A DNA stretch of 64,000 nt, from positions 1-64,000 of the IMG/VR virus record IMGVR_UViG_3300013902_000009, one strand, 5' to 3'. This DNA is from a virus (lineage: Duplodnaviria; Caudoviricetes). Both the position numbers and the translations under genes were made by a program. Under the pieces are notes generated by a model. That model saw only the letters and a list, made by a program, of their open reading frames with translations, ran no database searches and was not told the DNA's origin. Position 1 is the first letter of the stretch, and each line of letters begins with the position of its first letter. Positions 36,890 to 46,900 of this stretch are shown here, in pieces.

Positions 36890-37309
36890 ATGATTAAGGC
36901 GAAAAGGATTACACCGATGTTTAACCGCATCGTAACAACAGCTGATAGGGTTGAGGTTGACCAGAAAGTTAATGGTATAATTATACCAGAGAAACTTAAA
37001 GGTGGATATAGTGAATATCAAAGAGTTATAGCTGTTGGCTCAATGGTGCACAACCTTAAAGAGGGAGATTTGGTTTGTATAGACCCTTCTGCGTATGGAA
37101 GACCAGTACATAAGGAGCATATAGATTCAGTTAAAGGACTTTCCGAAGACACAGTGCAAATGGCTTATTATATTCCTACTATAGAGGTTGACGGTAAAGA
37201 ATGTATGTTTATAGCTGATAGGGATATAGCTTATAAAGTAGAAGAGTACGAGGATATTAAAGACGAGGATAAACCCTTGGTTATAACGCCCCCTACAATA
37301 ATTAGTTAG
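36890..37309 (+). CDS. GroES/Cpn10-like co-chaperonin
   Basis: ITPMFNRIV...GIIIP...VIAVG.....LKEGDLV...DRDI. Confidence 0.75.
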   Translation: MIKAKRITPMFNRIVTTADRVEVDQKVNGIIIPEKLKGGYSEYQRVIAVGSMVHNLKEGDLVCIDPSAYGRPVHKEHIDSVKGLSEDTVQMAYYIPTIEVDGKECMFIADRDIAYKVEEYEDIKDEDKPLVITPPTIIS

Positions 37310-37327
37310 TTGTGTATTTTATATTTC

Positions 37328-37359
37328 GCCCTGCCCTTATGGGCGGGGCTTTTATTTTT
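37328..37359 (+). terminator. intrinsic terminator
   Basis: GCCCTGCCC/GGGCGGGGC stem followed by a U-tract. Confidence 0.75.
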
Positions 37360-37366
37360 GATTAAT

Positions 37367-37921
37367 ATGAATCTTTTACAATACAAAGATTATAAAGTTA
37401 CTATAAGCGATGAAGCTTGGTTAGTTCCATCTATACGTAAGTTATTTACTATGGATAAAACTAAAAACAAAGATGTTTTTCTTAACCAGATGACATATAT
37501 TTACTTTTATGCTGATGTAAGGAGTGATTACAACTATATAGATGACATTGATGAGAAGTCATCAACGATAATATCAAACGAAGGGCTTCCAAAGGATTTC
37601 AAGGTTACGCCAGAACTCGATAATGCTATTGAGGATTATATAAGGCTAACAACTACAACGTCTTCGGCTCTTTTAAGGGATTCTATGATTGCCGCTGAAC
37701 GTCTTCGTAAATTTCTTGTTAGTGTAGATTATAATGAAAGGGACGATAAGGGCAAGCCAGTATATGCTGTAAATACTGTAACTTCTGCTTTGAAGTCAAT
37801 ACCTGAGATAGCCAAGTCTATCAAAGAGACGGAGAGGATAGTCAATCAGGAAATGCTTGAGGCTGGTAGGGCAAGAGGTGGTAACGAGCATAAAAAACTA
37901 TTTGAAGATGGAGCGGTATAG
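37367..37921 (+). CDS. conserved crAss-like protein upstream of terminase
   Basis: Start MNLLQY; YIYFYADVRSDY...ARGG. Confidence 0.75.
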   Translation: MNLLQYKDYKVTISDEAWLVPSIRKLFTMDKTKNKDVFLNQMTYIYFYADVRSDYNYIDDIDEKSSTIISNEGLPKDFKVTPELDNAIEDYIRLTTTTSSALLRDSMIAAERLRKFLVSVDYNERDDKGKPVYAVNTVTSALKSIPEIAKSIKETERIVNQEMLEAGRARGGNEHKKLFEDGAV

Positions 37922-38192
37922 TGAGATTAAAAAGTTGGTTAGATGGGGAGAGTTGTTTCTTGGAGACAAACTTGGAGGAAATAGGCTAATATTGTCTGTT
38001 GAAGACAAGCCTAACAAAAAATTTCCTGCTTACCATAATTTGAAGGTTATTATATACGATGTTAAAAGTAGGAGTGAGAAAACGCTCATGTGTGGTTATG
38101 AAGGTACATATAGAACCGTAGGTGATGTAGATTCTATGCTTGACAGGCTTGCCGTTGATTTCATTAGTAAACTAATGTCTTATGGAGTATAA
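37908..38192 (+). CDS. hypothetical protein
   Basis: Likely start MERYSE. Confidence 0.6.
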   Translation: MERYSEIKKLVRWGELFLGDKLGGNRLILSVEDKPNKKFPAYHNLKVIIYDVKSRSEKTLMCGYEGTYRTVGDVDSMLDRLAVDFISKLMSYGV

Positions 38193-41100
38193 TTCAAAAC
38201 AGACACCGTTTGAGTCGCTCGGTCTTGATAAGGCTGCCGAGGAAGTTAGGCTTCAATATGATGATTTTGCTAATAATGTGCCTTTTATAAATTGGATGTT
38301 AGGTGCGCGTCCTAGAGCAAAAGACTTACCAAGAGACGAGTCTGGTAGAATTATAATCGATATAACAAAGCCTCATATACTTGAGGATATGGATTATTTC
38401 AGACCGACAGCCATACATTACCAAAAGACGGGTAAGCTGTGCGACTTCAAACCTAACGGCAACCCAAACAGCGATTACGGCGCTTGGGTTAGGGAGGAGA
38501 CGCGCAGGTGTCTTGAGGGTTACATTAGACCAAGCGACGGCGAGTGGATTACAGGCGACTACTACTTCTTTTTGAATTACTGCCCGATACAGCTATCAAA
38601 GAGAGGTAAAGGTAAGAAAGCCAACCGTGTGGTTGACTTCCCTTTTGTTTGGGACGGACATTATCTTATAACGCATTATCTATACAAGGCGAGAATGAGC
38701 GGGCATCACGCTTGGGAGTTAGCCCGCAGAGGTTCAGGCAAGGCGCATCCTTATGATGAGTTTGTATATACACCAGATGGACTAAAGCGTTGGGGTGATA
38801 TCAAAATAGGTGATACTCTTTACGGAGACGACGGGTTGACAACAAAAGTTGTTGATATTCCTTTCGACGGAGTATCCCCTGTTTATGAGGTGACGCTTGC
38901 CTCAGGAGAGAATGTGAGATGTTCAGAAGGGCATTTATGGAGGGTTAGAAGCCATACAAAAAAGAAAGAGTTAGTTATATCAACCAAGGAATTGATTGGC
39001 TTATACAAGAGAAAACGCAAGGTTTCTGACAGAAATCCCAAGGGTATAGAGTATGATTGCACAATTCCGTTAAGCAAAGGTGTTGACTATCCATACAAAG
39101 AGACAAAGGTAGATCCGTATGTTTTTGGTTTGCTTCTTGGTAACGGCAGTTTTAGGATTCCAAACTGTAAGGACAAGACATACTTTACAGCTCCAGACGA
39201 TGATTTTGAGGTGTATAAGGAATACATTCCATATAAGTGGATAAAATATTCAAACACAAAGTTTGGATACAACTTAAATGTGCCGGGCTTTGGAGATATA
39301 CTTAAAGGATACGGTTTGTTCTACAAGAAGTCCGAGAATAAGTTTATACCGGATGAGTATAAGTTCAATTCAAGAGAGGTCAGGATAAACATACTGAAAG
39401 GCATATTGGATTCCGACGGCACCGTTTATAATAAAAGAGGCTCAATAGATTTGGCGTTATCCTCAAAAAGACTCATAGAGGATGTCAGGTGGATTCTCGC
39501 TTCGCTTGGTATAAACTATTCAAAGATAAGGGTTAAGCACACGTTTTATAAAAATAAGGATGGCGTCAGGATTGACTGTTTGGATTCATACAGAATATCA
39601 ATATTTTCAGAAATAGAGTTGTTTAACCTTCCACGCAAACTTTCCTTATGGAACCAAAGGAGTCTCACAAATTATGGCAGGAGCAAATATACTGGAACAA
39701 AAATAGTTGATATACAATATGTAGGTGAACAGAAAGCCAAATGTGTAACGGTTGATAATGATTCGCATTGCTACTTAATCAACAACTTCATCGTGACGCA
39801 TAACAGCTTCTTGGGTGCTTCACTGCTTGCCAAGAGGTTTATATTGGGTGAGTCTTATGAGGTTAACCGCAAGGTGCAGTGCGTTGTGACTGCGTCTGAG
39901 AGAAAGTATCTTACTGGAGCAAACCAGATTCTTGATATGTTCCAGACTTATATAGATTTCTGCGCGACATATACAGAATGGCCTTATTTGCGTCTTATGG
40001 ATTCCAAACAGAATCTCCAGTGGATTATGGGTTACAAAGATGTAGATACGGGTGTATCAAAAGGTACTCTTAATTCGGTAATAGGCATATCTTCAAAAGA
40101 TGACGACTCCAAACTGAGAGGTTCGCGAGGTGTTTTGTATCTAATCGAGGAGTGCGGTACTTTTGCGAGGCTGCTTGATACATACAATACAATACGTCCT
40201 TCCGTTGAGGATGGAGATAGTGTTTTTGGAATGCTTTTCGGATACGGTACGTCTGGTTCGAGCGAGTCTGACTTTAGGAGTTCTCAGGAGATTATGTATA
40301 ACCCGGACGGATATAATGTGATGTCGCTTGAGAATGTATACGACAAGGTCGGGCAGGGCAGAAGCAGATTTTGCTATTTCTTTCCGGGTTATCTAAATAG
40401 ATCTGAATGCTATGATAATGATGGTAACTCTGATGTATCAAAGGCTCTGGTTGAAATACTTAAGGATAGATATGTAACCAAGTATAACTCTACAGACCCG
40501 AACACTATAACGAAGCGTATAGCGGAGATACCTATAACCCCTCAAGAGGCTGTGTTGAAAGTTATGGGTAATCTATTCCCAGTCAGTGATTTAAATGCGA
40601 GATTGAATCAGCTTGACGCCAATACATCCGAATATAACGATGTGTATACAGGAGAACTTATATTTGACAATAAAGGAGATGTTAAGTTTGCTCCTACTTC
40701 TGATATGCCTATACGTGTGTGGCCTACAAAAGACAACAAGGTTAATGGAGCCATAGAGTTCTACGCGATGCCGGAAAAGGATTCAAACGGCAAGGTTTAC
40801 AGGGAGAGGTATATATTAGGACATGACCCAGCCGATAATGATGTAGCTGATACGATGTCTTTGACTTCAACGTTTGTATTGGACTTGTGGACAGACAGGA
40901 TAGTTGCTGAATATACTGGCAGACAGGATTACGCTGACGACAACTTCGAGATAGTGAGGAAGCTGTGTATGTTCTATAACGGTAAGTGCTTATACGAGCA
41001 AAACAAGAAGGGTATATTCGCTTATTTTTCTAAGATGAACTGTCTGTATCTTCTTGCTGATACACCTGAGTATCTGAGGGATAAGCAGTTGATTAAGTCG

Positions 41101-41469
41101 ATAGGTTACGGCAATACAAGCAAGGGAGTTAACGCTACACAGCCTATCAATAATTTCGCCGACAATTTAATTAAGGAGTGGCTTATCAAGCCTGTCATGA
41201 TTAATATCGAGGAAGAAGGCGAGGTTAAAGAAGTGCAGGTTAAAAACCTTGTGTTTATCAAGAATAGGGCTTTGTTACAGGAGTTGATTTCGTATAATCC
41301 TTACGCAAACTTCGATAGAATACGTGCTTTAGGTATGCTCATGCTTTACCGCGAGCAGTATATGGTGCTTTGGGGAGGAGAGGTTCGCAAGGATAACAAT
41401 ATAGCTGATGATAAAGCATATCTTGGTAACGATGACTTTTTTAGTAAAAATTACAGGCATAAAGGTTAA
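38182..41469 (+). CDS. terL: terminase large subunit with intein
   Basis: ITGDYYFFLNY, Walker A RRGSGK|S, Walker B LIEE, YGTSG, nuclease GHDP...NFDR. Confidence 0.95.
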   Translation: MEYNSKQTPFESLGLDKAAEEVRLQYDDFANNVPFINWMLGARPRAKDLPRDESGRIIIDITKPHILEDMDYFRPTAIHYQKTGKLCDFKPNGNPNSDYGAWVREETRRCLEGYIRPSDGEWITGDYYFFLNYCPIQLSKRGKGKKANRVVDFPFVWDGHYLITHYLYKARMSGHHAWELARRGSGKAHPYDEFVYTPDGLKRWGDIKIGDTLYGDDGLTTKVVDIPFDGVSPVYEVTLASGENVRCSEGHLWRVRSHTKKKELVISTKELIGLYKRKRKVSDRNPKGIEYDCTIPLSKGVDYPYKETKVDPYVFGLLLGNGSFRIPNCKDKTYFTAPDDDFEVYKEYIPYKWIKYSNTKFGYNLNVPGFGDILKGYGLFYKKSENKFIPDEYKFNSREVRINILKGILDSDGTVYNKRGSIDLALSSKRLIEDVRWILASLGINYSKIRVKHTFYKNKDGVRIDCLDSYRISIFSEIELFNLPRKLSLWNQRSLTNYGRSKYTGTKIVDIQYVGEQKAKCVTVDNDSHCYLINNFIVTHNSFLGASLLAKRFILGESYEVNRKVQCVVTASERKYLTGANQILDMFQTYIDFCATYTEWPYLRLMDSKQNLQWIMGYKDVDTGVSKGTLNSVIGISSKDDDSKLRGSRGVLYLIEECGTFARLLDTYNTIRPSVEDGDSVFGMLFGYGTSGSSESDFRSSQEIMYNPDGYNVMSLENVYDKVGQGRSRFCYFFPGYLNRSECYDNDGNSDVSKALVEILKDRYVTKYNSTDPNTITKRIAEIPITPQEAVLKVMGNLFPVSDLNARLNQLDANTSEYNDVYTGELIFDNKGDVKFAPTSDMPIRVWPTKDNKVNGAIEFYAMPEKDSNGKVYRERYILGHDPADNDVADTMSLTSTFVLDLWTDRIVAEYTGRQDYADDNFEIVRKLCMFYNGKCLYEQNKKGIFAYFSKMNCLYLLADTPEYLRDKQLIKSIGYGNTSKGVNATQPINNFADNLIKEWLIKPVMINIEEEGEVKEVQVKNLVFIKNRALLQELISYNPYANFDRIRALGMLMLYREQYMVLWGGEVRKDNNIADDKAYLGNDDFFSKNYRHKG
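38743..39804 (+). mobile_element. class 3 intein (354 aa) with LAGLIDADG domain
   Basis: Starts AHPYD..VYTPDG; block B CSEGHLW; block F KCVTVD; ends VTHN|S. Confidence 0.9.
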
Positions 41470-41508
41470 AAAGGTATTAATCTAATTGTCTGTATTATTA
41501 TTGTTGCT

Positions 41509-41516
41509 TATTTTTG
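41509..41516 (+). promoter_or_regulatory. Bacteroidota -7 element
   Basis: TATTTTTG 22 nt before the portal ATG. Confidence 0.5.
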
Positions 41517-41538
41517 TGGCAGTTAAATATTTATAGAT

Positions 41539-43953
41539 ATGAGTTTTGACTTTGGTTTTCCGAGGCAGCAGCTTCCATTCTCTTCCAAGACTAAGGCTTG
41601 GAGGAAGCGTTGCGTCGATTGGGGGGCCGACAAATCCATAGGTGACGACAATCCTGTAAGGAAGTCTATGTATCATAAGATGATAAACTATGACTTGCTT
41701 AACGGAAAAACACATATAGAGGATATGATGAATGTCGTTAACCCAGATAGGATTGACGCCTCATACATACCGTCAAGTATACAACATTATCCTATAATGA
41801 ACTCAAAACTTAACGTCTTACGAGGTGAAGAGTCAAGAAGAGTTTTTGATTATAGGGTTATAGTAACAAACCCGACGGCCATAAGTGATATAGAGCGTGA
41901 GAAGAGAGACGCTTTAAGTCAATCATTACAGCAAGCTGTGATGGATTCATCAATATCTGAGGAAGATTTTAATGCTAGGATTCAGGAGATTTCAGACTAT
42001 TTTAATTATAACTATCAAGATACTAGGGAATTTAGGGCTAATTGCTTACTCAATCATTATTGGAAAGAATACAATATGCCATTAATGTTTAATAGAGGTT
42101 TCGTTGATGGTTATTGTGTTGGTGAAGAAATATACCAATGTGATATAGTCGGTGGTGAGCCAGTTATAAGTCAGATAAATCCTAGGATAATTAATCTCTA
42201 TATGAATTCGTATTCTTCAAGGGTTGAAGATGCCGATGTTGTTGTAATAGAGAATTGGTGGTCTCCAGCTAAGGTTATAGATACATTTCATGAGCAATTA
42301 ACTTCGAATGAAGTTAAGCGTATCGAGGAAGCATATATGACAGAAACTAATGGTGAGAATACTAGCGATAGTGAAGAGGCTGCAAGAGGTTTTATAAGGC
42401 TTACAGATGGCTATCAATCACCCGAAGAACGTTATGATAATAATGATAACGTATCAGCTTCTGTTCTTTTTGGTGATGAAACGGTACACTCTTTAACTCC
42501 TTATGATAATAATGGTAATATAAGAGTAGTACAGGTTTATTGGAAGTCAAGAAGGAAAGTAAAGAAGGTTAAATCTTACAATCAAATAACAGGAGAAGAG
42601 GAATATAATCTATATCCTGAGACATATATTTGCAATAAAGACAAAGGCGAGGAAGAGCAGGTATTGTGGATTAACCAAGCTTGGGAAGGTACAAAGATAG
42701 GTAAGGATATATATGTCAATATGAGACCTAGGCCTATACAGTATAATTCTATGAGTAATCCTTCAAGATGTCATTTTGGTATTGTAGGTTCAATCTATAA
42801 TATAACAGGTGACAAACCTTTCTCTTTGGTTGATATAATGAAGCCATATTCATATTATTATGACTTCATACATGATAGGCTAAATAAAACAATAGCAAAG
42901 AATTGGGGTAAAATCCTACAGATGGATATAGCTAAAGTGCCAGAGGGTTGGGATGTAGACAAGTGGATGTATTTCGCCAAGGTAAACTCAATAGCTGTTG
43001 TGGATTCATTCAAGGAAGGTAATAAAGGTGCTGCTACAGGTAAGCTTGCCGGTGGTTTAAATAACGCATCAACTGGAGTTATAGACCTCGAATTAGGTAA
43101 TTCTATACAGCAACATATAAATCTACTTGAGTACATCAAGTCTGAGATGAGTGAGGTTGCAGGAATATCAAAACAAAGAGAAGGTCAGATAAGTAATAGA
43201 GAAACCGTAGGAGGCGTTGAGAGGGCTACTCTTCAATCTAGTCACATCACAGAATGGTTATTTATAATACATGATGATGTCAAGAAACGCACTATGGAAT
43301 GCTTTCTAGAGACGGCTAAAATAGCTTTGAGAGGACGTTCTAAGAAGTTCCAATATATACTTCCTGATAATGCTATTAAAGTTATAGATATAGATGGCGA
43401 TGAGTTTGCAGAGTGCGATTACGGTATAGTAGTTGACAATTCTAGCGATATACAACAGCTAAAGTCGCAGATAGATACGCTTGCACAGGCGGCTTTACAG
43501 AACCAATTGCTTTCCTTCTCTACGCTTATGAGGATTTACTCTTCTTGCTCTCTTTCTGAAAAGGTTCGTCTTATAGAGCGTGACGAGAAACAGAGGCAGC
43601 AACAGGCCGAACAGGCGCAGCAACAACAGTTGCAAGCACAGCAACAGATTGCGCAAATGCAGCAGCGGGAAAAACAAATGGAGTTACAACTTGAAGATAC
43701 ATTAAATCAAAGGGATAACGAAACTAAAATTGTTGTTGCTACTATAGGCGCTCAATCAAAACAAAGCGAATCAAATGATGGTATAGTTGAACCTACAGAA
43801 AGTGAAAGGCAAAATCTTCAGGAGAAAATACGTCAGTTTGATGAGCGACTTAAATTAGATAGGGAGAGGCTAGAATTTGACAAAAATAAGTCAAAGGAAG
43901 AATTGAGGTTAAAAGAGAAGCAAATAAATAAACCAAATAAAACTGTTAAGTGA
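41539..43953 (+). CDS. portal protein
   Basis: FPRQQLP...K...W start; IQHYPIMNSKLNVLRGEE; GISKQREGQ; Q-rich coiled-coil end; follows terL. Confidence 0.9.
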   Translation: MSFDFGFPRQQLPFSSKTKAWRKRCVDWGADKSIGDDNPVRKSMYHKMINYDLLNGKTHIEDMMNVVNPDRIDASYIPSSIQHYPIMNSKLNVLRGEESRRVFDYRVIVTNPTAISDIEREKRDALSQSLQQAVMDSSISEEDFNARIQEISDYFNYNYQDTREFRANCLLNHYWKEYNMPLMFNRGFVDGYCVGEEIYQCDIVGGEPVISQINPRIINLYMNSYSSRVEDADVVVIENWWSPAKVIDTFHEQLTSNEVKRIEEAYMTETNGENTSDSEEAARGFIRLTDGYQSPEERYDNNDNVSASVLFGDETVHSLTPYDNNGNIRVVQVYWKSRRKVKKVKSYNQITGEEEYNLYPETYICNKDKGEEEQVLWINQAWEGTKIGKDIYVNMRPRPIQYNSMSNPSRCHFGIVGSIYNITGDKPFSLVDIMKPYSYYYDFIHDRLNKTIAKNWGKILQMDIAKVPEGWDVDKWMYFAKVNSIAVVDSFKEGNKGAATGKLAGGLNNASTGVIDLELGNSIQQHINLLEYIKSEMSEVAGISKQREGQISNRETVGGVERATLQSSHITEWLFIIHDDVKKRTMECFLETAKIALRGRSKKFQYILPDNAIKVIDIDGDEFAECDYGIVVDNSSDIQQLKSQIDTLAQAALQNQLLSFSTLMRIYSSCSLSEKVRLIERDEKQRQQQAEQAQQQQLQAQQQIAQMQQREKQMELQLEDTLNQRDNETKIVVATIGAQSKQSESNDGIVEPTESERQNLQEKIRQFDERLKLDRERLEFDKNKSKEELRLKEKQINKPNKTVK

Positions 43954-46900
43954 TGGATGAAATAGTAAAAGGTGTGGTTGAAACCACTTCTGTTCCTGAA
44001 AATGTGGAACAGCTCGTAAAGATAAATATTAAAGATGGCAAAGCATCTGCTACTCTTTTTGCTAACCCTAATGGTTCGTCTATAAAGAGAAGACTTGATG
44101 AACTTGAGGAAAGATTTAATAATCTTAAGACTATTAATTACGAAGAACTTTACGGTCCGGGTAATATTGATATAAAACAAGGAGGAGGTTCTTCTGGTGG
44201 AGGAGAAGGAGATGTAACAAAAGTTTACGTCGATGAGCAAGATGAAAAAACTCTTACTAAAGCTAAAGAATATACAGATAGCAAGGTAGGTAGTGAAATA
44301 ACAAATTTGAGAGATTATGTCGATAAGACATCAAGTACAATACTTGAGCAAGCTAAAGAGTATGCTGATTCTCTATCTTATGGAGGAGGAGAAGGAGGCG
44401 ACAAAGCTACTGTTGTTCTAATAGATGCGGTTAATAGAGCTTCACAAGCTCGTACCGAAGCTTATACAGCTCATAAAGAAGGCAAGGCAATCGTACTTAA
44501 GTGTGCTGCAGACAAATACATTCCAATGACAGTTACTGCTGAATCTAATGATTCTGTAGATTTGAAAGGATTTGATTTGAGTTATTCAGGATACGAGTAT
44601 ATTCCAGAAGTAACTTTGGTTACTCGTATGTGGACGCTAGATTCAAAAGGATTGAATTATACTGAAAAATCAGTACCTATTAACTCTTGTAGAACATTTG
44701 ATTGCACAGGTTCTTCTAATGTATCTAATATATTTAATTATGCTCTTGATACCTATAATAAAGGATTGAGCGTAATACTTAAAGTTAACACTAATACATT
44801 TGTATTAGCTAATACTGCAACAAGTGATTCACTCATAGGATATTCTTTCCAGTTTAATCCGGGAAAGCTAGAGAATGGAGAAAGTGGTATTGTTAGTGTA
44901 GATATAGTTAGATGGAGATTAACCTCATCTGGTGTTACTAGGGATTCATTTAGTACAGAAGGTGGAGGAGGAAGTACTGGTGGAGGTGTAACTCTTACGC
45001 AGTATTATTCAACGAATACAGTTGCTAAAAATACATTGCCATCTAATCCTAGTGACGACCCTACTTTTTGGAATCAAACTAAACAAACAGTTGATTCGAT
45101 ATGGGCAGCACAAAAAGCAACAGGATACGATTGGACTATGTGGAAGCTTCTACCTAAAGATGGAGAAGATGGCAAGCCCGGTAAAGATGGAGATGATGGT
45201 ATAACTCCAAATACATCATTTAAAAGCATGGTGTTTAAAAGGACTAATACTAAACCAGATGCGCCAGATGCTAGTGAAGGGTCTTATAATAATCCAGTTC
45301 CTTCTGGTTGGTCTGATGGTGCTCCTTCTGGTGAAGAACAACTTTGGATGTCAACAAGAATATTCTCTTCTGATGGAGAATCACCTCAGCAATCTGCTTG
45401 GACTACACCTTCTGCTGTAAGCGATAATGAGTTTATGGATTATGAGTTCTCTTCTAAGGAAAATCCCGGAGAACCTAACAAGAAAACCCCTTCTTCTCCA
45501 GAACTTAATACTAACTGGAGTAACGAGGCTGACACAAGCACTATATGGATGGCTATGAGACAAGTAAGTAATGGTGCTTATGCAGAAGGTAGTTCTTGGA
45601 AGATAATGAAAATTAAGGGAGAGAAAGGAGAGGATGGTACTAGTGTAAAAATTAAAGGTAAACTAAATAGTACTGACGAACTGCCAAAATCAGGTAATAC
45701 AATTGGTGACGCCTATCTAATAGATGGAGATTTATGGATTTGGGATGGAGATTCTTGGGAAAATGTTGGCAAAATAAAAGGAGAGAAGGGAGATGATGGC
45801 AATGATGGAAAATCTCCATATTTACATATAAAATACTCGAATGATGGAGGTAATACATTTACCGATAATAATGGTGAAGTTCCGGGTGATTATATAGGAA
45901 TGTATTGGGATTATATAATAGATGATAGTTCCGATACAAGTAGCTATACATGGAAATACGTAAGAGGTGAAGATGGTTTTGGTTACGAGTATATATTCAA
46001 GCTTACAGAAACTTATGAAGCTCCAGATGTGCCTCAAATTGGTGATGATTATGATGATTACTTACCTACTGGCTGGACTGATGACGCTGGTGACGTATCT
46101 GAAGATATGCCTTTTTGCTGGGTATGTTATAGAAGAAAAATATCAGGACATTGGAGCGCATATAAAGGAAGTTCAAAAACACCGGGTAAAGCTGCTTTAT
46201 TCTGTTCTTTTGGAACGTCTGGAGTAGACGCTATAACTGTTGACTTTACAAACGATGTAGATGGTGTAAATCTTACCTATGAAGGTAAAGTTGATGGAGA
46301 GCAAACTGTATCAACTTATGTAGGAGCTTTTGAAGGAGAAGATGCAGCCGAGATTAAAAAGATAGAATATACACCAATTTCTGGCGTAACAATATCTACA
46401 TCTACAACTGGTAGCGGAATAGATAATTATCCCGGAATAATAACTGCAACATTTGCTGATGGTTCTGAAGCTTTAAAAGAAGGTATAAATAGTATTGATG
46501 TTAAAGTTACTATTAGATGTAAAAATGCTACATCTATAGAGCATGTGTCTAAAAAAACCTTTAAAGTTTTAGGCAATAAACCGGGCGCTCCCGGACAGGA
46601 TGCTGTAACGTATAGAATTATTACAAATGTACACTCTGTAAGAAAGTTTAGTGATGGAAGTTACGATACCGATTCTATCTCTGTAAAAAAGGTAGAAAAA
46701 AGGGTAGGTAGAGGCGATTTTGTCGAAACTACAGAAGGCGTAATTAAATACTGTATAGATACTTATGACGAAAGCAAGGCTGTTACAATAGCTTTAAATA
46801 CTGGAGTATCTGTAGCTAATATAAATAAGTTTATATCTTTCTATTATTATGTTGATGGTAAACTAGCAGATGGTCCAGAAGATGTTCCTATAAACGTTGA

